Below, one piece after another: positions 23,301-37,300 of a stretch of DNA of 64,000 nt. The translations under genes and the position numbers were made by a program. The DNA comes from Azolla caroliniana (taxonomy: Eukaryota > Plantae > Polypodiophyta), in contig JBHGNT010000005.1 in the NCBI GenBank assembly GCA_043228905.1, positions 18,910,001 through 18,974,000 on the forward strand, read 5' to 3'. The notes under the pieces were generated by a model that was not told the origin of the DNA, did not search any database, and saw only the letters and a program-made list of their open reading frames with translations. Position 1 is the stretch's first letter. Each line of letters begins with the position of its first letter.

Positions 23301-23791
23301 TCGGTGCCCTATGCCAGTCGGATTCCATAAACTTGGGTCTGACGCGACCCCTTTTATCCGCTCCTCACTGCCCTCCGGTAAGGGTGCCGCGACTGGCCTC
23401 ACCTTCCGGTTCACAGTCTTGTACTTTGTATCCACGCGGGCCGTCCGATCCGACCCGATCCTTTCCCCGAAGTCCGCGATGACTTCGTACATTCCCATCG
23501 ACCCTATCAGAACGGTCCGGTCTTCTCTAAGGTCTTCACCGATCACCTTTCGCAACTCGCCCAAGGTGTCGTCAAAAGAGACCGCCTCCACGGCGCCACT
23601 GATCTCTTCGCCGGGGGAGAGGACTCTGCATCCCTTGAGCCACTCCTTTGCTCGCTTCCTTTCCCGGCCGCTGACGTTGGCTATAGTACAACCTCCGTTT
23701 TTGGAAAACCAAAACTTCCTACCTACTATACATGTGTGGGGTTTTTCCGGTACGTCCGGACTACCGTGACCCCACGCCTTGATAGCCCTCT

Positions 23792-25966
23792 CTAAAAATC
23801 CCCTCAGTTGTCGCCGTCGAGGGTCTCGCGATTCCTCTCATGGTTCGGACGTACAGTCATGAATTGGACGGAATGCCGACCGTCCTGGCTCGGGCTTGGC
23901 TCTTGACGCGCACGTACGCCGAACCGTTGTCTAGCACCTTCGTCTCCATGCGTGCTGCCGTAATGTATGGTTCGCCGTGAATCACCAGGTGTGAGGATGT
24001 TTCCTGCATGAAGAAATGTTGATCTATCTCGACATCACTGACCTTTACGCGTATATTCGGGCATGCACCATGCAGCTCCTCCGTAGCACGTGTCGCCGCG
24101 CGTATCTTCCACCCATGCTTGGTGTTGATTGGCCATTTACCCTTCTTGTAGAAATCCATGGACATCAGGTTGATTTCGGACCCATGGTCTACCAAGGCCA
24201 CCACCGGTTCTAGAACGTCGCCGATCCGCACAGGGGTCTCCGTAGTTGGCCTGGCCCAATGCGGCTTCGTGTAGTGGCTTTCCGCCAACTCGTCTTCTAG
24301 GGTCGTGTCTTCTAAATGCGTAGTCCGCACCTCCATCGGCTTCTCCGGTTCTGGCTCCGTCGAGAGCCTCTTCCGCTTCACCAAGTCTACGATGGAGTCG
24401 TGGAACTCCCTCTTGGCGATTCCCAGCACCTCCCGCAACGATAACTCCACTTTACAGTCGAGGATCTGCTCTTCAAGGACCTTCCGTAGGTCCGTTGCTC
24501 TCTCGATTTCGGTGCTCAACCGAAACCCCGCCTGCTTCTTTTCGTCCAGCGCGCCTAGGTTGCCGGCACCGGCCGGTTTCGGTCCGAACCGGGTCTCATA
24601 CCTCTGCGGGGGACCCACCCCCCCCGGCCTTTCCTGCCCGTTTGTCTTCCACCAAAACCTCGTAGTTCTGGCAAGCGGCTTCTACGAAGCCCGTTTTCTC
24701 TTCGACCGGATCATCCCATTCGGTGACCTCCTGGACCCGTTGTTCTACACGGTTCGCCTCTTCCTTCTTCAGCCGAACTCCGGAGAAGCCTTCTAGCACT
24801 AGCGGCCAAAATCTGGAGTCCTTCACCTTTCGGGACTCGTCACCCCCGACCCGAATTCCCGCCAACACTAAGTAGGTAACGGCTTCTACATGCCGTGTCG
24901 CGGCCTCTTCCATCAACCTCTTCATTCCGCCGCGCCCCGTATTCAGTTCTAGGGTTCTCTGGGTCTCGCTCGCGTGCAGCCGCCCGTTCCAGAGGTACAC
25001 CCCGTTGGCCCTGACTGCGTCGGCGAAATTCGCGCAATCCTTCCGAATGTGACCGATCGCGTCACACCACATGCACCGCTGACCAGCCGGCAGCCTCCGG
25101 TCGCGAGGTTGTTCGTCGTTGTCTCTCCGGGCCTGTGCGATCTGCAAGTCGCGCACCATCTGTGTCAGCTCCTCCAGAGCCGCTCCTCCGGATGGGCCTC
25201 TGACCATGTCATTCGATGCCGACCACGACTCTAGCCAGATTCGGGTTTCTTCCTTCCTACTGGCCGGCACCGATACCGGATCCTCGAGCCTCCTTGCCGG
25301 GACCGGCCTTGACCCCGACGAGCCCCCGTTGCTCCAATCGCGCCGTTTGTCGAAACGGCTGCAGACCCGTCTTACCACGGCCCAGTCTGCCATGAGCCCT
25401 TCGTCCATTTCCAATAGGGGACCCACCTTTTCCCTGTCGAGCGCGTCCACCGACTTGACAAACAATAGTACTCGACTCGTTTCGAGCACGGTCCGGTCCA
25501 ACGTAGACAGCCACGCAAATCGTTTTTCGAACTCCTGGAAGAGCGCCGACGTGTTCCTCCCTTTTCCGGGGCTTTCCACCCACACCATGAAGTCCCGCCT
25601 TGATAGCCGAAGCGAGTCGTCAAACCCGTACTTCTCGAGGAGCTGCAGCTCGAACTCCTCCCAAGTCTGGCATCCGGCCAGCACCTCGAGCACCTCCGCG
25701 TGGATGCTCGGCGTCACCACCCGAGGGAATCCGGACAACCACCTGTCCACCGGGATATCCCTCATGATCATTTCGGCCCGGTAAGCCTCCAAATAACTTG
25801 TGGCGTCTTTCCCTCCGAACCGGCCTATGGTGCCGACGATCGATTCAACGGCTCTATCAAGGGTACCCATCCCCTCACGAGCGCTTACCAGCCGGTCGAC
25901 GGCTACCGCCATTGCCTCTGCTAGCTCCGATCCCCTCATCTTTCGACTCCTTTGCCGCCTGTTCAC
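23792..25966 (-). pseudogene. gag: gag-protease of D
   Basis: CMWCDAIGHIRKDC knuckle and ALVDHGSEINLM. Ends at GAT TTT TAG like A. Confidence 0.87.
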
Positions 25967-25983
25967 GTCGGGTTCACCAAAGA

Positions 25984-26192
25984 TGTCGCAAAGTTTCGCG
26001 TTCGCATGTAGGAAGAGGCGGGACCACGGGGGTCTTGGACCAAGGAGATAGTGAGAGTGAGAGAGAGAGGCAGAGAGAGGCAGAGAGATGCTATAAAGAC
26101 AGGCGAGAGAGTTTTTTCTGAGAAATGAAACGAAAGGTTTTTGGGCTTCTACCGAGGTGAGTCTCCCTTCCCCTTCCTTCTCTCTTGAACCC
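25984..26192 (-). repeat. 3' part of the 5' LTR of D, interrupted by F
   Basis: Ends ...GCGACA 4 nt before the Trp PBS. CT-rich on the element strand. Cut at 26193 by the F LTR. Confidence 0.75.
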
Positions 26193-26625
26193 TGTTAACT
26201 CTTAGGGCCAGACAATGGCCTAACACAGGGTGTCTACGGAAGACACTTCACCAAAGGGGTGTTATGGCAACAAGGTTAGACTCAACGATTAATCCGACTT
26301 AATTAGGTTACTTAACATGATCGTCTTGAATAATCACACGCGTAAGATATAACAATGAATGCAGAACGGCAATTAACACAGAGAGATAACAACACTAAGC
26401 TTTATTAATTAACCGCTATCCATTACATTGTATCCGGGCCTTTAAATAGGTTTCCGGTCTTTATTACAAAACGGTGCCATCCGCACCTGTTCGGGATCGG
26501 TTCGGATCCGAAACGGCATACCGATTCCGGTCCGTCCGTCCACACTCATAGCTTACTTACAACCATTCCTACTAATTAAATAACTCCCTGTTTCACACTC
26601 TGGACTCCTTTGCCGGCTGGTAACA
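26193..26625 (-). repeat. 3' LTR of F
   Basis: Reverse-complement homolog of the B LTR and repeat of 40678-41100. Confidence 0.93.
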
Positions 26626-29600
26626 CATGGCACGCCCGTGGGACAGTACCTTGTACGTCGAATCCACAACCGACCCTTGCTATTCTTCGTCCAAATATCC
26701 AGAATGCTTTGTTCGAGAGTCTCCAATGGTTCATCTGGAATTGGTTGTTGTTGTTGTTGTTGTTGTTGTTGTTGCTGCTCTGTTGATGTCTGTTGCGGCT
26801 GCTTCTCCGTTTGTTGCTCTGACACCGGCGTCTCCGTTGTTGCTCCCTCCGTCGTAGTGGTCTCCGATTGACTAATTCCGGGCTGGCCCTCGGCCGGCGA
26901 CGGTTCCTCATCACTAAGGTTAACCGTTGCCGCTTCCCGTGTTTTTTCTTCCCAAATCCGAGACCGCTCGTAGCTTTCAAACTGGATTTGAGCGTCCAGC
27001 CTATCATCGTCTAGCTGAGCTACGAGTTGCCGGACCTGCGCCAGCTGTTCATCCGCCAGGACTTGGAAGTCGTCGGCCAGCTCGTCTCGTATGGCAATGA
27101 AGTCCTCAGAAGTCAACGTATAACAATCATCTCCTTCCTTCCGCCGGTTTGCCACATCTGCCCGTAGCAATTGGAGTTCCGCCGCGTTTTGTGCCCACTT
27201 TGTCCACCATCTTACGAAGCTTTCGTCAATCAAGTGTTTTGTCTGGTTCAGCCATGCCCGAAGGATGGATTAAATCCGGCCCGTTCCCAATTGCGATTTG
27301 GTTTCCACCACTTGTCGTTCCTCCTTCAGTTGCTTGATGATTTTGACGTTGTCTTCCGCCTGCTCCTTGTAATGCGTCAATTGCCTTTGATATGTGCTTT
27401 GTAATTTCTGCAATACCGTTGACGCTCTCTCCTTTTCTTCCTGCTGCTGCCTCTAGAGCTCCATCCGGACCTTCTCCGCCTCGTCCAAGCGTCTTGTATT
27501 TTCCGCACGTTCATCGGCGATCGCCGTCGCGGCCCGATCAACTTCCTGCTGGAGCTCGGCCATCCGTTCCTTATGCTCCGTTTCCAGCCGTTTGTAGTCC
27601 CGGTGTAGGTGCTCAAAATCATCTGTCTTTTGCTTGAGCCGTGCGTTGATCTGTCAACGGGCCCGGTCCTCGCGATCCTTCTGCTGGCGGAGCTCTTCCT
27701 TTAGCCGTTCAATTTCTGTTTCCGCCGTCTTCCGTAGCTTGTCCTTTTCCTATAGCACTTTGTCTTTTTCCTCCCTTAGCCGGTCGTACGCTTGATGGCC
27801 TTTCTGGAGGTTCTCCTTTGCCCGGCGGAGGTTCTCATCAGTCTTCTTTAATTCGGCTTCGGCTGCTGTCTTCAATTCCCGTTCACGGCTCCTTAGCGCT
27901 TCTTGTGCGGCAAGTTCATCTCTCAAATCCGCAAGCTCTTGGGCTTGCGCTGCATCTCTCGCCGGAACAGTTTCCGTTGTCGTGGTCTTATTGGTATGTA
28001 CAGGTCGATCCGTTTCTTTATTCTGTACACTTACCGGAGTCACCGGTGATTGGATCTGTGTTGCCGTTAAGGCCATTTTGGCCATCTCTGTCGTGCCCTG
28101 ATCCAAGTCTTTTTCAAGGCACCGGATTCTGGACCGGGCCGTCTCTAGTTGTTCGGTTGTGACGAGCAACCGTTCGCTTTGCGCTCTTTCTTCCGCCTCA
28201 ATATACCCCACTGCTCCGGCTATCTGTTCGCCTATCCACCGGAGCCACAGGCTACCGGTGCATTGTTGTGCTTGCACGGAGGTTTGACAGACGGGCTCAC
28301 TTGTAGATGGGTGGTCCCGCCTGGTTGCGCCGAGTTGCAATTCCGTTTCTGCCCGTGGACCACCCTGCTGTCCTGGTTCCCCTTGCGCTTCTTCTTGGTT
28401 GGCCGAGGGAGGCTGCATTGACCTTTCCGGCTCTGGCGGGATGGGACTTGTCGGTGTTGCCGGTGGTGCCGGGGCTTCTAATTCCGGTGCCATGCGCACC
28501 GGTTCCGGTTCCTCCCTTGGCATGGGAGTCTCAGTATGGGGAGCCGGTGTTCCCTCCGTCTGAGGGTCCGAACGTTTCTCGGCTGCCTCAACAGTCCTTG
28601 CCGACGACCGTCACTGGAGGTGCTCCGTAGGCTCCTCCTCTATTTCCTCTTCCTGAGTCCCGACATTGAGTTTTGCTGCCAAGGGGTCCGCTTCTCTATT
28701 CACCGGTCGGCGGAGTGTAACCTTTACGGGCCGTGCCGGTGGTTCCTCCTGCGCATCCGTTGGCCGCTTCCGGTCGTTGCTCTCCTTTCCCGCTTGTTCT
28801 GCGTCCGCCGCCTTCCCCTTAGTGGCCTTAGAGGCCAACAACTGTCGTCTTTTGGAAGCCGTCTTTGGGGTGTCGTCCGCCACTCTTCCTCGCTTCTTGG
28901 GCTGGACGGGCTGGACGGGTGGCACAAGCAAGGTGAGCCACTGCGTTACGGCGTGCCATATCCTCCGTCCCTCTCGGCCTTCTTTGCCATCTTTGCCTCT
29001 AACGATCTCGATCGCCGCACACAACCCGTCTACAATCAATACCGGCCAATCCACCTTGATCCCTTCATAGGTGGCGATGATCATCCCTGCCCGGTTCTGC
29101 GGCATGACAGCGGGTCTAGGGTACACATGGCCGTATTCGTGGAGCACACGAGCAATCTTGCGGAACAACATATCTCCGCCGCCTTGTGTCCGATAGCCCT
29201 TGCTGGCTAGGGAGTACTCACCAAAATACCTGATGAGTTGCTCCGGGGTCAGATTGTCAATCGTGAGTATGCCTCCCTCCGGAAGGCCTGTTAACGCTCG
29301 AATCGCCTCCGCCGTTATGACCTCTGTGTCGATTTCTTTGATCACCTTGTCGGCTTCTTTGTGTGGCGGTACTTCCATCATCATCAAGAAGCCCTCGAGC
29401 CCGTGTTGCTTTAGCCATGTCTTGGCGGCTTCCGACAGCATTTGCGGGTCCATGTCTGTGTCGAGGTCGGATTGCGGTGGCGAGGTTGGATGGTGATGAG
29501 AGTGAGATTGAGAGAGAGAGAGTTCTGAAGGCGGGGGTTCTCTGTGCGTCGGTTCTCGTCTGATGATCTTGCAGCGCCTTGGTGCTTCTATGCTCCTGGT

Positions 29601-29673
29601 TCACGAAAGTAAAGGGTCTCTACGCGTAGTGGTTTTTCTCTGTGCATTCTGGCGCCTTTTTCGAGTGTGTGCA
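26553..29673 (-). pseudogene. Extra 3' ORF of F (homolog of 8812-11744) with a (CAA)n poly-Gln tract near 26744-26778
   Basis: ORFs 28611-29453, 27750-28523 and 26553-27233 align to the B extra ORF. Confidence 0.8.
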
Positions 29674-32600
29674 CGTCGTGTACTAAAATAGCATTATGTC
29701 TTGTGGTGGCGCTTTAAATGCCCACTACGTACCTTTTCGCTCCTCACTCTTTCATCCATTCATTCTTCGCTTTTGCATGATTACTTCGTTTTTTTTTTTT
29801 TTTTTTTTTTGCATGACAACTAGTGTGACGTTACTTGTCCGTTGGTCCTCTCAAACCCTTACCGGCCTCATTCTCCCCAGTTACCGTCTCGCCGTCTCTG
29901 CTGTCTTGGTGGTTGCCGTTTCCCTCATCGATGTTGGTCCTTTGCTCAAATGGGTTTTTAGGCATCGGTCCTCTATATGGCTTCAATCGGAATCCATTGA
30001 CCCATTTGCCTAGCACTTCGCCGGCAAGTGTCCCTAACTGGTAGGACCCATTATACTCACGTGTTAGCCAATACGGTCCGGTCTATCTAAACCGTAGTTT
30101 ACCCGACATCTTGCCCATCCGGGTCTGAAATACTAACACCGGTTTGCCGATTGCGAACATTTTTTCGTTTCCTTTCCTATGCCGGTCGACAAATGCTTTC
30201 CGTCGTCGTTGTTCCAATTCTAAGTGCAGGATGCTTGCCAGTCGTTGTTCCTCGAGTTTACACAGCGTTGTTAACCATATTGCCTCCGACTCCTTCTCGT
30301 TCAACCGTTCCCGTAGCTGGATCCGTAAGCTGGGTACTTGGAATTCCACCGGCATTACCGCCTCTAGTCTGAACGCTAACCGGAACGGTGTTGTTCGGAT
30401 GCTCGTTTTGTATGTTGTCCGGTACGCCCAAAGCGCGCTATGTAGCTTGGTATGCCAATCCGTTCGGTTTTCGTTGACGATCTTTCGGAGGATATTCTGG
30501 AGCGTTTTGTTCGTCGATTCCGCTAACCCGTTTGCTTGCGGATAGTATGGTGTGCTCCGTTTATGGACAACGACATAGAATGTCGTCAGGCTTTCAACTA
30601 CTTGGCCGAGAAAGTGCCCCCCTTGGTCGCTTATTAATTCAATTGGGCATCCGTAACGGCACCATATGTACTCGTATAGAAATTTCGCCGTTGACGCAGC
30701 GGTGTTGTCTCTTAAGGCTTTGGCCTCCACCCATTTCATGCAGTAATCCGTCGCGACGATGACGTATCGATTACCCGTTCTCATTGCTGGTGGTTTGAAC
30801 GGTCCAACAAAGTCCATCCCCCACTTCTGGAATGGCTCGAGTGGTAGTACCGGCTGGTGTGGCATACGAGCCTGCTCCGTTGGCTGGCCCATTCGCTGGC
30901 ATAGGTCACATTCTTTTGTGTACCGTATCGCATCTCTTAATGTCGTTGGCCACCATAGGCCATTTTGCCATATTTTTCTGGCCGTCGCATCTCCGGCATA
31001 GTGACCTCCGACAACTCCGCAGTGAGCTTCCCTCAGTATTAGGTCCTTTTCATCGTTGCGCACAACCCGTCTCCATATGTCGTCTGCGCCCTTGTGGTAA
31101 AGTGTGTCTTGCATTAAGCAGAAATGTCGGCTTTGCACCGCTAGGCGTTTCTGTTCGTCCCGGTTCATCTCTTCCGGAGGCAGTCCTATGCTCAAAAACT
31201 GGTGCATATTTGTGAGCCACTTGTCTTCCTGTGCCACCGTCTCATATGCTGCCGTTTCCGTAGTGACTCGAAACAGCTCCGCATCCGGAAACTCATCCGC
31301 TACTCCGTCACCCGTCTCTCCGGACTCTAATCGGCTTAAGTAATTCGCCACGGCATGCTGTATATCGAGTCGGTGGAATATTTCAAACTCGAATTCCTGT
31401 AACAGTATGTTCCACCGGGCCAATTTGTCGGTGAGTGACGCTTTGGACACCAGGTAAAGGAGTGTCGAATGATCTACATGGAAGGAAAACTTCCTTCCCA
31501 ATAAATAATGCCGAAACTTTGTCACACTGTAGATCATCCCTAGAGCTTCCCGTTCTGTGGTAGAGTAGTTCCGTTCTGCTTGGGATAGCTTTCGGTTGGC
31601 ATAGTACACTGGCCGGTACCACTTTGGCTCCGTAAGCTGCATCAGTACACTTCCGATTGCGATGTTGGAGGCGTCCACAAACACATGAAATTCTTTACTC
31701 CAATCCGGAGGCTGCACTACCGGTGCTTGCGACAATAGTACCTTGAGGGCCCTATACGCCCTATCCTCGGTGTCGGTCCACTGGAATGGTATCCGATGTA
31801 CGGCGGCATGCAACGGTGTAGCCAGGTCGGCCAAGTATCAGAGCATCCGGTTGTGCCACCGGATCTGGCCTAAGAACCGGCTCAATGCCGGCGCCGGTGC
31901 TTCTAATATGGCTTTCACTTTGTCCGGGTTGACTGCAATACCTTCCTGGCTCACAATATGTCCTAATAAGGTTCCACTGGACACGCCAAATACACACTTT
32001 GCCGGATTCAAGCTTAGCCGGTACGCTCTACACTTTTCCAGACAAAGATGGAGGTGCTGAAAATGGTCCTCCTCCCGGCTATAGACAACGAAATCGTTAA
32101 GGAAAACTTGCATAAAAGCCGGAATATATTCACCAAAGATTTCCATGATGATTCGTTGAAATGTTGTCGGTGCCGTTTTGAGTCCGAACATCATCACCAC
32201 GGCCACAAACACCCCCCATTCGGTGACGAAAGTTGTTTTCTCTTGGTCGTCGGGGTGCATCCGGATCTGATTATACCTGCTGAATCCGTCTAGGAAGCTA
32301 TAGACCTCATGGCCGACGACGGCATCCAACACTCCATCTGTGAACAGAAGTGGAAACGCATACGTTACCGTAGCTGCATTGAGTTTCCGGTAGTCCACAC
32401 AAACTCGAATTTTTCCGTTCTTCTTCGGTACGACTACGATCGGGCTCAGCCATGTCACTTTCTTTACCGGACGGATAAAGCCAACTCTTAGCAATTTGTC
32501 GATTTCCTCCTTGACTTTGGTGGCATAATTGGGACTCATCCGGTACCGTCCTTGTGCCACTGGTTTTGCGTCCTTGCTCAAGTGAACCTGATGCTGGTAT

Positions 32601-33690
32601 AACTGAGGGTCAAGTCCTCGCATGTCTTCGTATGACCAGGCGAACACATCGCGAAATTCCGTGAGAAGTGTGATCATCGTCGTTTTGTCTTCGAACTTCA
32701 TCTCCTTGGCGATGTGCATCGGTTTTGCTTCGTCTGTGGTCCCTAGGTTCACGTCTTCCAGTTGCGACGCTTTTACGCGCTGTGAAACGGCCATTTCCCG
32801 TTCCAACGCTTCCTGCGCTTGCCGTAACTCCCGGATTGCGTCTTTATCCGGTTTTGCTTCAGCCTCTTCCGGTTGCGGTAAGTATGGTGCTACTACTTCG
32901 GCAATGTCAATTTCGAAGAGGGGTATGATCTTCGGGTTGTCCTGCAAGTACTGAGCTTCTTCTTCGTCAGCTAACCCTTCTAGCATGTTGACGCATTCCG
33001 CATACAACGGTGTACATTCCTTACCAGTGCTCGTCCTTGGCTGTGTTGGTACCCGTACCTTGGCTTTTCCTCGCCGGAAGGTAATTATATTTTTCCTCCA
33101 ATTCTGTTTGATATGTGTCGTTTTCAACCATGGTCGTCCCAGCAATAACGGGTATGCGCCTTGTGCCTGTAATTGTAGCACTACTGCCGAGATGTGAAAT
33201 GTATGACCGCCCACGATGACTTCTAATTTCCGTATTAATCCTGTCGGCCGCACTGAGCTTGTATCGGCCATCCGCAACCAGAACGGACACGGCTCCCACT
33301 CGTAGATTCCTAGGGCATCACACGTCCGGAGGCTTATTACATTCACCCCAGAGCCTCCGTCTATAACTATGCCGGGGAGTTCTTTCCCTTTTACAATGGC
33401 CGTGATTACCGGACTGTTGGTGTCCACCACCGTTGGTCCCTCCTCCGGATTCGAGAAGCGTACCGGTGCCGGTGATGATTCTCCTGTTGTCATGGCCGTC
33501 TTCAGTCCTTCCGTGAATCTTGGCACGAGTTGCAGGAGTCTTCCTAGTGGCAGCGTAATCTGGCATTCTTGCAACGCCTACCATGTCTCGTTCTCGGAGT
33601 GACTGCCGTCGGCAAGCCCTACGGTTTTGCCATTGTAAGTCTATGACATTCTGCTCGTTTGCTTTCTTCACCCATTCCGTCGCTTGTTTC

Positions 33691-34307
33691 TGTTGGGATT
33701 TCGGTCCCTTTCGGATGGGATGGTCGGATATCGGAGATGAATGCCGACAAGCCCGGTTTCGGTTTCGGATCCGGATGACGAAGACCCCGGCTTCGGTGCC
33801 GGATGACGAATGTACCCGGAGAGCGATCCGGATGCAGGGACATATCCGTGAATATGTTCGCTATGGGCCCCTGAGGCTATAGTTGTAAATAGCCCAAAGT
33901 CATATAAGTATAAATATGACTTAGGGCAAACAGTTTTACTGTTGCTTCTCATTTTTCTGTTTTTCCACTTTTAGAGGAGTGAAGAGAGAGCAGCCGTGAG
34001 AGAGAGAGCAGCCGTGAGAGAGAGAGAGCGTGAGAGAGGAAGAGGTCGACGCCTCTGTGTAATACCGCCGCCTGTGGCGAAGAAAGCGAGCTCAAGGTCG
34101 TTGCCTTGCAGCTCGCCATTGTATATTTCTCTGTGCATAGTTTGGTTTGGAGTCTCGCACTCCCGTGGTTTTTCCCGTATAGGGTTTTCCACGTTAATCC
34201 CTGTGTATCGTGTCTTTCTCTGTATTTCCTATTTTCTGCTGCATTGATTCGCGATTACTCGGTTGTGGCCGAGTGGTGAAGGTGAATAGAAGGGTCGATT
34301 CCCAACA
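33691..34307 (+). repeat. 5' LTR of G
   Basis: TGTTGGGA...TCCCAACA inverted termini. Confidence 0.97.
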
Positions 34308-34336
34308 AACTGGTATCAGAGCGACTGTTGCAGAAA

Positions 34337-37300
34337 ATGGAAGGCGGCGGCAGCGGGCAGCCGGGGATGATGGTGCTGAATGCACAGAATTACGCCGACT
34401 GGAAGATCAAGATGGAGGATCTTCTGATTGTTCGGGACCTGTACGAACCGATTGACAGGTCGGAAATACCGAAGGGGGTACTTGAGTCGGAGTGGAAGCT
34501 CCTGAACCGGAAAGCCGTAGCGACGATCCGACAATATGTCGATGTAAGCGTCCTACAACATGTGGCGAACGACACCAACGCATATGAGATGTGGAAGAAG
34601 CTGTCGGGCCTCTACGAGAGGAAGAATGCGTTGAACCGGACCTCCCTGATGAGGAAGATAGTGAATCTCAAGTACAGGGATGGCGAGAGTATGGTGGAAC
34701 ACGTAAGCACGTTCATGGGATTCGTGAATCAGCTTGCGGCGATCAAGTTCTCGTTGGAGGATGCAATGCAAGCCATCATCCTGATGTGTACATTGCCGGA
34801 AAGCTGGGAGAACTTGGTGGTAACTCTCAGCACCTCCTGCGCCGAAGATAACTTGTCCTTATAAACGGTAAAGACAAGTATTTTGAATGAAGAAGCGCGT
34901 CGGAGAGATAAGGAACCGGCCTCCGACCCGAAGATGTTGTTTACCGAATCGGATCGGGGAAGACAATGGAACCGGAGTCCGCAAAGACGGGAGAAGTCGG
35001 GGACCCGGTCGCAGTCAAGAGGAAGGCCCACATGCTTCCACTGTGGGAAGCCCGGGCACTTCCGAAAGAATTGTCGGCATTACCGAAAGGACAATGGAAC
35101 CGACAACACCGATTCGAAGAAGTCACCGGAGAGAAACGGTGCATACCGGGGAGCCACGGACCGAAATGGTTCGGATCGGCGAGGACAGGACCGGAAAGGA
35201 ACGACGGCACTCGCGGCAAGTGAAGAGGAGATCATGCTCATCACCGAAGAAGGTGAACTAAACATTGCCGGCGATGAGACGACCTGGGTGGTCGATTCCG
35301 GAGCATCGTTCCACCTGACCCCGGAGAGAAGATACTTCTCATCCTACACAACCGGTGAGCATGGCTGTGTTCAGATGGGAAATGAAGGTACGTGCCGGAT
35401 CGCCGGCATAGGAGACGTGTGGTTGACAACCCCGACCGGATGCAAAATGCTGCTGAAGGATGTCCGACACGTTCCGGAGGTTCGATTGAACCTGATTTCG
35501 GCCGGGAGGCTAGACGATGAAGGCTACACAGGTAGCATCCGGAACGGCGTAATGAAGTTCAGCAAGGGGAGCCTGATAGTGGCTCGGGCCCGGAAAGACA
35601 ACACACTGTACCTGATGAATGCCCGGTTATGTCCTGAAGAGCTGAATGTGGCAGCCGACACTGCCGGTGAGCTGTGGCACAAAAGACTGTGTCACATGAG
35701 TGAGAAGGGGATGAAGAGGCTTGCAGAAGACAACCTTATTCCAGTGAAGCACGTGCACCTGGAGAAGTGCACCGATTGCCTGGCCGGTAAGCAGAACCGA
35801 GCCTCCTTCCACTCAAGGCCACCGACGAGACGTAGCGCACCATTGGAGTTGGTGCACACTGATGTGTGTCAGGTAGAAACGAAGTCACATGGCGGAGCCC
35901 AGTACTTCGTAACATTCATTGATGATCACAGCCGGAAGCTGTGGACGGCACCGTTGAAGACAAAGGACCAAGTGTTGTGCGTCTTCAAAGAACTCCACGC
36001 GAGAGTGGAAAGGGAATCCGGCAAGAAGCTGAAAGCGATACGAGCGGATAACGGAGGGGAATACCGGGGGCAGTTCCAGGAGTACTGTCGCTCGAAGGGA
36101 ATCCGACTCGAGTTTACTGTGCCGAAGACGCCGGAACTGAACGGGCTGGCCGAGAGGATGAACCGGACCATAATAGAGAGGGTCCGGAGTATGTTGGCGC
36201 ATGCGGAATTACCCAAGGGTTTTTGGGCTGAGGCGATGTCGACGGCGACATACGTGATAAACAGATCACCCTCAGTACCTTTGGACGGAGACACGCCGCA
36301 GAGAGTGTGGACCGGTAGGGAAGTATCCTACCGGCATCTGAAGGTGTTCGGGTGTCTCGCATACGTGCATGTGGCAAAGGACCGGAGAGGAAAGTTAGAT
36401 CCAAAGACCCGGCCATGCATATTCCTCGGTTACGGCGACGACGAATTCGGCTACCGAGTATGGGACCCGGTCGACAAGAAGATATTCAGGAGTCGTGATA
36501 TCATCTTCATGGAGAACAAGACACTCGCCGACTGGGAGTCGGAGAAGAAGATGAAGAGCTCCAAGTCGACCGGTGAGGATAAACTCTACGAGGAGCAGTC
36601 CCGACCGGCAAGGGACCGGTTAACACTCGAAGATCCGGCCGAAGACGGTGAAGAAACAGAACCGGCCGAAGAAGATGAAAATGATACCGGAACCGGCCCC
36701 GATCCCGAAATGGATTCGGATGAAGAAGAATCGGAAGAACCGGTTACCGAAGCTCCGGAACGGAGATATCCTCTAAGAGAGAGAAGGGCCCCCCGGAGAT
36801 TTCCGGAACCAGAGCACGTGCTGCTAACCGACGAGGGGGAGCCGGAGAGCTTTGAAGAAGCAAAACATGACACCCAGAGCCGCAGGTGGTTGAGTGCCAT
36901 GCAGGACGAGATGGATTCCCTGCATGAGAACCACACATATGAACTTGTGGAGTTGCCGAAAGGAAAGCGGGCACTTCGAAACAAGTGGGTGTTCAAGCTG
37001 AAACCGGGAGATGCCGGAAACCCCCCGAGATACAAAGCCAGGATCGTGGTGAAGGGGTTTCAGCAGAAGAAGGGCGTCGACTTCGACGAGATATTTGCCC
37101 CGGTAGTGAAGATGACCTCCATCCGGACGGTGCTGAGCATAGCGGCAAGCATGGACCTCGAGGTAGAACAGATGGACGTGAAGACGGCATTCCTTCACGG
37201 TGACCTCGATGAAGAGATCTACATGCAGCAACCGGAAGGATTCGAGAAGAAAGGGAAGGAGCACCTGGTATGCCGGTTGAAGAAGAGCCTTTACGGACTG

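Larger units (their letters stand above)
17148..26192 (-). mobile_element. Element D: Ty3/Gypsy retrotransposon of the same clade as A; host of A, E and F
   Basis: LTR 3' end at 25984 (...CTTTGCGACA on minus). Trp PBS 25962-25979. gag-PR 25966-23792. pol 23801-23301 and 19620-17148 with DLYSGYDQF, PFLDDIPIKG and integrase core. Confidence 0.9.
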
